Positions 49,851-62,288 of a stretch of 64,000 nucleotides of DNA are shown piece by piece. The notes under the pieces are model-generated. The model was not told the DNA's origin. It saw only the letters and a program-made list of their open reading frames with translations, and searched no databases. The stretch comes from Sphaerodactylus townsendi (lineage: Eukaryota), in NCBI RefSeq assembly GCF_021028975.2, contig NC_059432.1:46562001-46626000 (forward strand), written 5' to 3'. The position numbers and the translations under genes are program-made. The stretch's first letter is position 1, and every line of letters begins with the position of its first letter.

Positions 49851-50894
49851 ATATGCTCCGGGGCAGGTGGCCATGGAATATTCCACGAAGCCCACATTCA
49901 CTTTCCATTTCTCTGTGCCAAATGTACTTTTAAAAGAAAGTTTAGTTTTCTTTGCCACTTAAGAGCAATGAGTGATTTACCAGTAAGAACATCTTTGCTG
50001 AACTGTTTCCCACTGTCGGCCCTTCCAGCTTCCACCACCTAACCATCCCTCCACCCTTCCCTCCCCTCGCTGTGGCAATGCACCATCTTCTTCCTCCTTC
50101 TATCTCCTTCTGCCCTCCTTCACCTACATTGCGAAAAGAGCCTCCCCTTAAAATCTCAGTAGCGTAGTTTAACATACCAGCTGCATAAGATATTTGAATT
50201 GTTATAGCTATTGAACTACTAAGATGAGGTGATTTCATTCTCCCAGAGTCCACCAGAGGGTGGAGTGTAGGGAGGATATTGATCATCGGTTAGGGAACAA
50301 GTGTCCTGACTATACAAATGATATTCAATCCAATGGACAAGATGCTGTTCAGCCCTGCAACAAGAAATGCACTGAACTCCAGGATAAAGGGTAATGCCCA
50401 CTGCAGACAGGGCAAGAAGAATGGGGAAATAGGACAATGAGTAATAACAGCAAACATGCTTAAGCAAAGTGAATGCTCGTTCTGATTATGGTAAACTCCC
50501 TGTGCATAATGGGCCTAAGAGTATCTCAAACACAACTCCTTCCTATCAAAATATCTCTCCACCACTCATTATTTGGAAATGTTTCCCAGGCTCGGGACCT
50601 CCTTTCTCTACAATTCCAGCCAATCATATGGCCTGCCTGTAGGCTCATCTTGCATCATCTGCACTTTCAAAGCTCTTAGAGAAGAGAATCTTCTGTTCTG
50701 GATGAAATCTTCTGGTTCTAAAACTGGAGTCAGAATCATCATTCCCTAACTGAAAATCTTCTAAGCTCCGCGCCAGCTTTGTTATTCTTATGTGTAGCTA
50801 CCATTGCACAACACTCCAAATAATGTGTCATTGCTCCTCTCGAAAATACGTGCATTTTCTGCAGGTCAGGTGATCCTTATACCCCCAGGACTGT

Positions 50895-51220
50895 TTACCG
50901 CGGAATGGTCCCAGTAGCATTAAGGAAGACGCCCAATCGACTTACTGTCCCTGCGACCGTCAATTACGCCAGCTGGGGCCAGTTGGCCCTCACGTGACCA
51001 CTCCGGTGCTGGGGCAGGTATCTGACCTGGCGACAACGACAGTTAGTAGCGGGGTTATTCGTTCAGTTTGATGAAGGGATAAATAAATCAATAACTTCCG
51101 TTCCAAAACCTAAACTCAGGGGAGGCGAGGTGGGAAAATAAGCGACCGTCGCCAGCTAAAGCCAGTGGCCTTGACTGTGAAACAGCTGCACCTAACGACA
51201 GCTCCCTGGGACGGCGTTTT
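50895..51220. promoter_or_regulatory. CpG-enriched segment with E-box (TCACGTGA), CCAAT and ETS-like ACTTCCG
   Basis: Locally retained CpGs in apparently unique sequence. Confidence 0.4.
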
Positions 51221-52818
51221 TTTGCCATCCCAGAGTAAAGACCTAATGTGGAAAGGGCCCATGCTTCAGAAGTACAACATAGTTTTGACCCCACTGATCT
51301 TTTTTTTCGGTGGGTGGGAATTACTTTTGGTTTGTTGCTGTGTAGATGGTTGGACTCCTGTCTTCAACAGATCTGGACATACGGATGGAGTGATGGATTA
51401 CTTGTCTGATGACCCGCCCCTCTTATTCTCCCTCTTTGATTTTTGCCTTCTCTGTCTTGAATGGAATACATTGCATGGTATGCATAAGTGCTTACAGCAG
51501 TTGGCTATTAACATGGACATTTCAGTGCTGGTTGTTATTTTGGTATTGATATTATGTTGACTGCTTGAGTGCACTTGAGTAGCCCAGCCATCCATTTGCA
51601 TCAATAAGTGTTGTTTTGATTTTGCTGTCTGGAGTCTCAGTACTTCTTCCAAGTTTGGACATGAATTACACTGTTTTGTCAGCATATCCATTACAATGTT
51701 TTGTATGTCTCACTGCTCAGTCGGGGGCATAACCCTAAACCTATAGAACCTAAGACAGCAGCTCTTGTAATATTGGAGCGAGAGAAGTGGAAGGAAACCT
51801 GATTTTTTAAGGCAAAGCTATCCTACTGTGAATTTGTGCTCAAATTGGAAAATGGGCCTCATTTACACTGACCTGTTCCATTGTGAGCCCACATTTCCGT
51901 TCCCTTTTATCTTCACCATTGTTTTGCTTAAGCTAGGGTGATATCTATTTTGCATCAATCCTTATCACTTAATGGCACAAAATGACATAAGAGAAGCAAA
52001 TGAATTTGAGACACCAGTGCAGGGAATGGTCAAAATGAAAAGGTTCATAGCATCAGTATATATATTTTTTAAAATGAACATGGCAGATCCTTATATCTCT
52101 AATTTCAAAGTTAACAAATGGGAGACGTTCAGATTAGAATGTCTGAATACATATGGTCAGGTAGTATAATTTTCCACAGAGATCTATCTCTACCCTGCTC
52201 CAAAGAATGTTAGGAATGTCATTCCATTAGCAAGCTCCCACAGTTACATTGACTGGAATTTTGTATATGTGCTTAACAAGTTTTTGGATTTTATTATCAA
52301 TATTTGGCCAATATAATCAGCTTTTCTCAAGACCACTTCTATTCACACAGGAACAGGCTGGGCAGTATGTATCTTTTGCATCAAGCTCTCCAAATATTTT
52401 TGCCGCAAAAACATCATGTAAGATCATTTGAAGGTAAACCTTTAATATTTCTCCTTTAACTATATCTTTTAAAGATTATTTTAGATTATTTGGAAATTGA
52501 TATGCATTTGCCCCCAGTTTTAAAAATGCCTATAATGTGGCTTATCCATTTTGTAGTTTTCATCCCTGAAAAAGAAATCATCCCTTTACATTTGCTTTGT
52601 TGCTTTCATGGCCTTTTGTTTCCCTCATCGCTATGGGACTCCTTGTGGCAGATGTTGCGTTGGTGTATTGTGTCATGATCTTTGAGGGGGTGCATATCCT
52701 GAGGCATCAAGTTTTTCAAAGACTCTGTTGCGACACAGAGGTCTAAGAAGAGTCTTTGGCACCTTACCTTGTACTTGTGTTTTAGCAAATTTTCTGTTGG
52801 ATTGTAGTTTGTGTCTGT

Positions 52819-52960
52819 GGCTTCTTCCACACACGCAAAATAATGTGTTTTCAAACCACTTTCACAACTGTTTTGCGTGGAATTTTGCTATTCCTTTTAG
52901 CTTCAAAGAACTGAAAGCAGTTTGAAAGTGCATTATTCTGCATGCATCTTGGAATAGGCC
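52819..52960. mobile_element. 142-bp palindromic Harbinger-like MITE
   Basis: GGCTTCTTCCACACA...GGAATAGGCC; TGT duplicated on both sides; inverted copy of 30947-31087. Confidence 0.85.
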
Positions 52961-55899
52961 TGTTTGTGGTATATTCAAGTGCTGGTGAGTGAGAATTACC
53001 TCAGCAGCAGGCATCCAATCTGTTGTACCTTCTCTTCCTGTACAAGAAACCTTGTGTTTCCTTGCACAGTGGTTCTATTCCTTTTGCAAACATACCTGCT
53101 CCTCAAATTGTGTCTGCTTGAACCTTAGTCAACAGCCACACCAAATGCTGCAAAATTCCCTCAGAAAGCTGCCATTCACTGCTAGACACAGTAAGTTCTG
53201 CCATAACCATTCTGCTGCTGGTTGTAGTGCTTCAAGCCCTTATCTGCTTGAAAGGGCTGTTTGTACACTATGGAGACTGTAAGATGACACTCTCAGTTCC
53301 AGGCATAAACTGCAATGTCATTTCTGTCTTGTTGCAGTTCAGACACTTTGGCTCCTTGAAAGTGGCTCTCATCCTAGAAATGACTTCAGGAATAACATGT
53401 TTTGTCCAAAATGGGTTTGATCAAGCCACTTCCACACTGTCTGCCTTGACTTGGAGAAGTTCAGGCTCCAGATGTACACTAGCAGCTATATATACTCGTT
53501 TCCCATGCATTCATATCTTTTTTGGAGGAAAAAAGGGGTAGCCCAGGATGTTTTTAGCAAAGGTAATGTATGTCTCCTGTGTGCTAACTATAATAGACTT
53601 TCATGCATCCAGAGTGCATTTGCCCACGAAAGTATTACCAATCTATTAAAATATCATATACGTACATGGTTGTCTCACATATATTGTTCAGTTAATTTCT
53701 TGGAAGATGTGCAAATCAGACACCTGCACATGCTGCTTCCCCAGCTAACACCCTAACCACATATCTCCTTTCCTAATTGTATCATTTGGAACAAACATCA
53801 CCTATACTTATCTCTTCTCTCCCATAGCTTTTAATATACATAGCCAATAGTCCCCTCTCCTGGGGTCTCCTATGGATACATGCTTCATCTCCTTTCAGAT
53901 TTCAGAAGAACCTTTTCATTTCCCTTTTACTATGTAATTATTGTAACTGTATTATTAAGAGTTTGTTAGAGAGTTAACACATAGTGAAATATTGTGCTTT
54001 CATGTGTGTGGAAGGAGAGAGTGTGTAGGTGGAGTGGTTAGAGTGTAGTTCCTTGAAGCTCATAATGCAGTTCCTTTAAACATTTAAGACATCTTCCTTC
54101 AAAAGATATAAGGTAAAAATGGTGTTGCCATCAAATGTATTAATTGAGATAGAAGCTAGCATCTTATTAGGGGTAACCCCAATAGCCATGTTTTTTTGAA
54201 GAGTAAAAATTTCTGATCAATGTTCCAAATATAGAAGCTTCTCAAAATTTTAATACATGCACATGAAAGAATGGTGATGTGATCTCCCAGATGATAAAGT
54301 GGGATTGTGCCTAATTATTACAGAATGAAGAGGAAGTAATACAATAGAGATTACAAATGCCAATCTGTATAGCTCCTTGAATGGGGAATAGTGATGACCA
54401 GTAGGCCAGGACTGGCTGTAACAGCAATAGTTGGTTCAGTACATGAATGGGGAAGTCTATTGTGGTATAGTCCAAAGCCAAGCTTTACAGCATATTGAGC
54501 AATAGCTGGAATCTGAAATTGCATTTGAAATAACATGCTAACTAACCATTTGGAAAACCCAGTCACTGTGAAAAGTATGTGCCTATTTTTTTTTTTTGGT
54601 GAACAAATGTCTCAAGCAGACAATGTCACTTTTCAGCATGATTAAGATTTTCACAGAAAATGATTGTTTTTGCATTTCTCAGCCTCCAAGTTTGGGGTTC
54701 ACATAGACTACATTGTGGCCTCCCCCAGATAGGCCAGCTGCTGGGAGAGCCAGAATGAAATGAAGCTTTTGTTTTTATTTCAGAGCTGTAGACAGAACTG
54801 AGAACTACTTGCTGTTGTATCAAAATAAGCAGCAAAGAACCTTCCTGTTTTTCTTACAGTTGGCATTCTACAGGGTTTTTTTTTTTTTTGAGTGACTACT
54901 AATACAAATGCAAGCTTTCATCTAGAAAGGGCATTACTATCTAAAGTATTTTCCTTTAATTCTCCCTCAACCTTCATCAGAGCCCTTATCTTCTTCCTCA
55001 TCAGCTACCAGCGTTATATGGCTCTATGAGTAGGACCCTAGTTCCACCAAGAATATGGGAATGTGCTTGTTATATTTGATATCCCATAAAATACATTTAA
55101 AAGTATTATCCGGTGCAGAATCTGAACATATCCTGTTAGGGACAATTACATTTCAGGAATAAAAGGGGAAAGAAGCTGATAGAGGCAATTAGAACCCTAC
55201 TGGCACTCAGATGTTCATGGACTACAGATTCCATCCCAGCCTACCAGCAGCCAATTGGCCATACTGGCTGGGGCTGATCAGGAAATACACCATAATTTTA
55301 TCTGGAAGTCTCTAATTCTCACCAGTGATAGAGCAACAATTGTAAACTTGTTTTGGAGACAATTGAGGGTACCTGACTGTCCAGGGCTCTGGAGTTCAGT
55401 TCCTATGAAGTGCAGTAATGACAAGGGAAAGCAATAAACACAGGTTTACTTTGGGTTTTTTTTGCATTGCAGAAAAATTAGCTTTCACGTGGAATGTTCA
55501 TATCTGTCCATTTAAACACTATATTATCTACTCCTGCCTGTGTTCACACAACTTGTATTTTGTTGTTCTATTCGATTTATCTATATATATAAAAAGCTAA
55601 CCGTGTATGTGTTGATGACAGGGTACCTCAGTAACTGCTGGGTAATTCCTCTGAAAATCTCCCAGCCACTATAGTCAGTCAAGGCGAGAGTGTTCTTAGA
55701 TGTTCACATACCTGCAGAAATTTCACACCCACAAGCCCCAGGTAAAAGCGCTTTTTTTTTTCCTGGCTCTATGAGTGAAGGGACCATGCAGCTGCCTGTG
55801 TAGTATAACTGTCACTTTTTTTAGAATGTTAGTGCTGCCTTAGAATATTCCTCAGACTGACCCCAGATATGAGCAGTGAAACAATTACATAGGCAGTCA

Positions 55900-56102
55900 N
55901 NNNNNNNNNNNNNNNNNNNNNNNNNNNNNNNNNNNNNNNNNNNNNNNNNNNNNNNNNNNNNNNNNNNNNNNNNNNNNNNNNNNNNNNNNNNNNNNNNNNN
56001 NNNNNNNNNNNNNNNNNNNNNNNNNNNNNNNNNNNNNNNNNNNNNNNNNNNNNNNNNNNNNNNNNNNNNNNNNNNNNNNNNNNNNNNNNNNNNNNNNNNN
56101 NN
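55900..56102. other. Assembly gap (203 N)
   Basis: Run of N. Confidence 1.
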
Positions 56103-56380
56103 ATCCCCCTTTCTTTCCTGCAGGGAGACTCAAAGAGACACAATCTCCCTTGCCCTTCCCCCCTCACAACAAACACCCTGTAAGGAGTGGAATTAGAGCT
56201 AAGAGAGCTCGAGAAGCTGAGACTAGCCAAGGTCACCCAACTGGCATGTGTAGGAATGTACAGGCTAATCTAAGATTCCCCAAGATAGAAAGCCTCCCAC
56301 AGCTCAGGGCGGTAGAACGGAGAATCAAACCAGTTCCTCAAGAGTAGATACCACGAGCTCACTAACCTCCACTGCCACTG
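56103..56380 (-). mobile_element. Squam3-like SINE
   Basis: ggagactcaaag...cccctcacaacaaacaccctgtaagg...ccaaggtcaccca...gaatcaaacc. Confidence 0.7.
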
Positions 56381-56397
56381 AGAGGGAGGGGTGGCAT

Positions 56398-56808
56398 CAA
56401 GAGATGGGATCCAGCAGGTTCTCACGGAGTTCCAGTGAGTTACTAATTATTTGTGTGTGCGAGAGAGGGTTACTAATTGGAAGTGATTTTGCCCGCGTGA
56501 TTTTTTGCCTTAGTTATGCCCCCTCCTCCTCAGAAGTAGCAGCATGCAGAACTTGAAGCAGTCTAGCAGGAGGTGCACGGTGTGCGTGAGCAGCCCTCAT
56601 GCCTGCATGCATTTGTTTCCCACCTAAGGGATCCCGAGGCATGGCAGCTGTGTCCCTTGCCACAGCCCAGCCCAGGAATGCCCGCCCTGGAATGTCCAGC
56701 CCGCCCCCCATCAAAGGCTGCCCGCTTCCAGCCCCATTGGCTCACGCCACAGTTTGAATCCCATCACCCATGGGAATCTGTTACTAAAATTTTGGATCCC
56801 ACCCACTG
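56398..56808. mobile_element. hAT MITE
   Basis: CAAGAGATGGGATCC / GGATCCCACCCACTG; 8-bp TSD GGTGGCAT. Confidence 0.8.
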
Positions 56809-57210
56809 GGTGGCATGCAAGGGAGAGAGGGAGGGAGAGGAAAGGATGGTGGGGGAGGCATGCGTAAGGGAAGAGAAGCGGGTGAGAGGGAGACAGTGAG
56901 GGGTGGCATGGGCGGGAAGGGAGGCAGGGGCCCAACATCTTGATAGGACCCACCCACTTCTAGCAGAGGGGAAAGGGAAGGGAGGGAGGGGAGGTGGCAT
57001 GCAAGGGGAAGAGGGAAGTGAGGGGAGGGAAGAGTGAGGGGTGGCATGCAAAGGAGGGGAGGTAGGGGCCCAGCACTTTGATATGATCCACCCACCCTAG
57101 CTGGAGGGAAAGGGAAGGGAGGGAGGGGAGGTGGCATGCAAGGGAAGGGAAGCGGGGGGGGAAAGAGAGTGAGGGGTGGCATGCAAGGGGCCAGGGAGGG
57201 AGGGGCCAGG
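56809..57210. repeat. Purine/G-rich degenerate tandem repeat (GGTGGCATGCAAGGG units)
   Basis: At least 6 GGTGGCATG units, with a higher-order ~135-bp repeat. Confidence 0.8.
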
Positions 57211-57710
57211 CACCTAGATTCCCCTAGATACTCGCAGTTTACAGTTAAGAAAACCAGGCACGCATTACTCAGGAGTAAGCTCAATTACAGCCACCAGGAA
57301 AACTTATACTTCTAAGATGGCTAAATTAGCCGCCTCAGAGGGTTTCCTCAGAAGCGACACCCATTGCCACCAATAAACTTACTCCCCAGGTAAAGCGATC
57401 AATGACCAATAGCCTAAATGTGTGGGAGGGGTGCCTTCCCATCCCCCCCCCCCAAGGAATGTGGGCACACACACATCACCTGACATCGCACAGTATCAGG
57501 CTGCGGATGGCATGAGCATATACTGCTGGCTCCTCTACAATTGATTTGCTGCTACTTGGCTTCCTTTCCCATTTCACCAACAATAAGCCACAGCCACGCG
57601 TGGCAGACCACTATGGAGTATTCATTATGTGTGTAGCAATATGTGATCAGAGTCACTGCCAACTCTGCATGAGTCAGCCGATCTGGAGTCGCCACCACCT
57701 TTCTCTTGTT

Positions 57711-57780
57711 GGTCTCCCATCTAAGTACCAATCTTGCTTAGCTTTCAATATTTGATGAGATCAGGCTATGGCATGCCACC
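57711..57780 (-). mobile_element. 5S rRNA-derived SINE head fragment
   Basis: Reverse complement gcctgatctcatcaaatattgaaagctaagcaag...ggtacttagatgggagacc. Confidence 0.6.
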
Positions 57781-57819
57781 TTCCCTCCCTGTGTTATATA
57801 TCACAGATGCTTAATAAAG

Positions 57820-58380
57820 GCCGTTTCCTTGCGGAGCCAGATCATGCCAAAGCGGCCTGGAGGCCAGTAGAAACACCGTCTCCAGGCCATACCATTACTT
57901 CGGGCATGACTAGCGCCTTGAGCAGCCCTCGCGCCCTCCCTTGACTGAAGCTGGCGTTTCCCCAGGCGCTTCCCAATTGATGCTCTGCTTTCTGGGAAAG
58001 CAGGCTTGACGTAAGCTCCCACTGCCAATGAGCGGCCAGCAGCGCTTCATGTCGCCTCCCCATCACTGGCATTCTCACACCTTAGTCCCGGGCCTCCAGC
58101 TAGCGTCGCCGAGGCCATCCTGGGACCCGCCTTCGCCCTGTGCTGCTTTCGAAAGTAGCAGAAGCGCCAAGAGACCAGGGGGCATGTCCCCAGGCCTCGG
58201 CGACTTCGCCCGAGGCCCGGGGACAAGCCGGGTCATAAGATGCAAGCACCCACGGCACTCTCGCGGCGGCGGCTGCCCGCCTCATTCCCGGGACCGGCCC
58301 CGTGTGGCAAGACGGGTCCCAGAAGCGCCGACCAGTCGTTTCATACGCCGCCCGTCGCGGGTGAAAGCGGGCCTTAGGTA
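57820..58380 (+). promoter_or_regulatory. CpG-island-like putative promoter / first exon
   Basis: High GC and CpG, CRE-like TGACGTAA ~58007, CCAAT ~58026, ends at candidate donor TAG|GTAATA (58378). Strand inferred from the donor only. Confidence 0.55.
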
Positions 58381-61300
58381 ATAGAATGAGTACATAAAAT
58401 GACATCATCAGAAGGAAACCAGTAATTTTAATGACTACTGACTTGAATCAGCTCCCTGACCTGACATAGGATGCCCAATACCTAAAGGATACCAGAGCTA
58501 TGAAGATTTTCCACCATTGTTCTTGGAACCAGGCTGAGGCTAATAAGATCCATCCTCTTTTCCCACTGCTAGAGAAACAACAAATAAGCATGCACCTTTG
58601 GTTAGTGTTAATAAAATTATCTTCATAAACTTTCTGTTTTTAGAAACATTTTAAGAAGGTGACCATCTAAAATCGTGGGTGTTAAATGGTTCGTATTCCT
58701 CAGAGAATTTCATTTTATTATCCTCCTTTTCCGGTAGTATGTATTAATCTTTTCCTACAGTGTCTCTTTCTTTACCTTCCTTACCATTTCACTGAAAAAA
58801 AAACAATTTAGTTAATTCTGCATCGAGGTCTTATGGCTTACAAAGACTTTTCATGATATAAGTTAACAAATCACATCACCTTTCAAAGAGATGCTGACGC
58901 CTGAAGAAATGAATGTAATTTGCAGGTGGGAAGCTGCCTTTGTTATATGTTACACCACAGGCAGCATCAATCTGTAAAGTCTTCCAACTATTGAACTGAC
59001 TTTGGAGGATCTTGACATGTATTCAATATATTTGTGGCTTAGTAAAACTTTGCAAATAAAGTTTTTTTTCTATTTCTGTTCTTGCTTCTGTTTCATTTAC
59101 TTTGATTAATCAGGTTAATAAATTGTTAATGGTTTTGGTTTCTCCCACAGTTTTGTTTCCCTGCAACTGGGGTGTACTTTGCAGTATTAAGATTACCAAG
59201 ATTATTTGGGAGGTGGTTAATTGAAACAAAATATTTTCATCACATCTCTGAATTTATTACTTTGAATCTATTTCAAGACTTTTTTGTGAACTCTACAGAG
59301 CTGAGGTGATGTTGAATATCGATTACTTTTGCAAATATTTATTTACAACACAGTCAAATCAATGGACCATTAAAATTTAGGCTCTTTTTATTGTTTGCAA
59401 ATTATTGACATGCCATGTTCATGGACTTTATGTAATCTTATGAACATGTAAACAAATCTGGAACTTAAATAAATTGAGGGGTTGTTATCTTAAGATAACT
59501 GACCATGTAAAAAAGCTTATGGTTTGTATATCCAGCACCATAAATGCCTCTGTTGCACTGGCAATGGTTTAAGATTTCTTGTTATTGCTCTTATTAATAT
59601 TGCTTTAAGATTTCTTGTAATCACTAACTATAAAGAGGAGATTAGGGGAACTCATTTCCATTGCCCCTGATCACATTGAAGGCCTGCAGAACTGGTATCC
59701 AGAGATAATATTTGTCTTGGAGGCCATTATGCCTCTCAGAAGTACACTTCTACAGTCACTTCAGTTGCCTTCTTGGGGCCCATCTTATCTGACAGAAGGT
59801 TTCACCTCGACTTTAAATGTGGCACTCACTACATCTGTAGCACTGTACTTCTTAAGACCTGTTATAAACATTACTTTTCTGGACAACTGTGCCTTATTTT
59901 TAAATCTTCGTTAGTTGGCAAATTGACCTTATGAACTGGCTTTGTCTTAGAAAGCTATAAGCCTGATTCTATTCTTACACTGCTTGCTAAATAACTGTGG
60001 AAGCATCTGATCCCACTGTGGTCTGCATCACTAGCATCACCATTTATTTGGAAATTTGAGGCCTAACACAGACTGTAAAGGAAACAAATGAATAAATAAA
60101 AGGTATCTAGCAATGATCTCTACAGGCAGGTAGATCTCATGTCTGAAACAGTTGGACATTATATTTACAGTCATCTAACACATATTTATTTGGAAGTAAT
60201 TCCTGCTGATATTAATGGAACTTGCTTCCAAATAATCTTTTTTAGGATTTGAGTGTTAATTTTAAGTGTGTGTCAGCCATGTGGCCACTGCCTCTTTTTC
60301 ACCTGTACAAACTACATTCTAAACAAAGTTAATCAACTCAATTTGCCAATTTGCAAACAAACAAGTAGGAACAAACAAGAAGAACATTTAAACCAGAGAC
60401 TGCATGCCCTTTATTTGGGAAGGCAGTGTCAACAAAGTGGGTCTTCAGTAACTGCTTACTAGAACGAGCTGCAGGATTATTAAAGGCAGCAAGGAATGAA
60501 CCCCTACTCTTGTGCAGCCCCTCAACGATTGGTGCAATTGCCTAGGAGAGCTGCCTTGCTCCTCAGGCATCAGGGATGAAGACAGAAGTGCAGCCTTGGC
60601 ATCAAGACAGAAGCGCAGCCCTGGCAGCCCTCGATCTGATAATTCATTGCAGCTCCATTGCAAAGGTTCATAGTTTCAGCCTGTTGCTTGCTATTTCCTG
60701 TATAGGATATAGTATTCTCAATGAATGTTGAATAGAAATTCACTTGGGACTGTTAACTAGCATCCATACAGCTTTCCAGCCCAAATGATCCTGGTACATA
60801 AACACAAACAGCAAATTTCAGTTTCAAACAGCCTTTTCAGTATTAAAAGTCACAGTATCAGCTCTGTTGAGGCATCCAAGTACAACGAGTACAACGAGTA
60901 CACATTTATACATCTCTCCTTCCGGAAAAAAAGGTTTTCTCTACAAATAGGGAATATACAAATAGGTGAGAGAATGCTTTTTGAATTCAGTTTTGTTAGC
61001 TTCTAAATGCTGACCAGGAATTCCAAAAGAATTGAGTTTGCTTGCTCAAGCATGCTGCAATGGAAGTGTAACCATGATTGAGCCGATTGCTTCATTAGCA
61101 TTTTTAGCAATGGGCGTACTTATATTAGCATTTATTTCTCTCAAGGCTGGATTTTGTTGTTGAAAAAAATAGCATTATGCTACAGACACAGTTCTATGTG
61201 TGCAGAAAAAGTTCAGCTGATAGGCGTGGTCACATTGCCCAATAAATCACTGGGTATAAAGAATGGAGAGAACACAACATATGACACATTTTTTCAAACT

Positions 61301-62113
61301 TTCTCTTCGCTTTCACACTTACTGATGAAAAACCAAAAAGCTACTTCATTTCAAAAAAATCAATTTGCAGTCATCTAATTAGTCTGTTAAAGCATTGCTA
61401 ATGAATGTAAAGTGCAAATTCTCCTGCTGGAAAGTTCAAGTATTAATGATACAAGTTTTAGGGCAATACTTAGACAGAAAAGTGCCTTTGCATACAATAT
61501 GAAGTATATGAAGATATCTTGAATTCATCTTATGAAGTTGACTCTATTCCATCAATGCTTAAGCCACAATTAATCTCATAGCTTTTACAGGGATCTTTAT
61601 TACCCTAACACAGACATTTCTGTTGTTTTTTTAGGGAATGACAGCACAAAGCCTTTGAAAGGAGAAAACTTATAACTTATGTATCAAGTAATAATATAAC
61701 TTTTCATAAAGGGTATGAAGCATGAACTTGTAAAATGCTAGATAAGTCATACCCTAGGGTTTGAATTACATGTAGTGTTTGCAAATGCAATTTACAGACT
61801 TTATCAGTACTGGAGAGTAAGACAAGCTGAAGAAATCAGTCAATGTGGCAGATGGTCTCAAATGATATGCTTGATAAGCATGCCTAATTGACAAAGTGTG
61901 CATCCACATCCTAAAAAAACTGTTATAAGTTATAATGCTGTCCTAAATAAATGGGCTTGGAAGGCTATAACTTTGATTAGGATTGTACTGCTAATGTCTG
62001 ATGAAAGAAGATCTTGCCTGTCAAAGATTATATTACGATAAATTGTCTGTAGAGGTGCTACATAACTATCCATGTGATGTAATCCATGATAGCCTTTCAC
62101 ACAACCACATTAG

Positions 62114-62288
62114 CAGAGGCGGGGCAAGGGGAAACTGCATCCGGGGCATGCGCCAACCTTGCACCCCTGCCGCAGTGTTGCCCACTCCCGCTCTGAAAGG
62201 CCCCCACCACAGCTTGGCCATGCCTCTGCCGCAGCTTCACCCTGGGCGTTGCGCCCCCACCCCCCGCTCCATGGGTGTTACACCACTG
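62114..62288. mobile_element. hAT-type MITE
   Basis: CAGAGGCG...CACCACTG; flanks CACATTAG / CATGTTAG, consistent with an 8-bp TSD CACGTTAG after CpG decay. Confidence 0.7.

Noticed and set aside
51095-51170. Vault RNA (minus-strand CTGGCTTTAGCT match)
   Set aside because: Only a 12-nt match; no B box and an early TTTT terminator.
55829-56236. ORFs spanning X runs
   Set aside because: Artefacts of translating the N gap.
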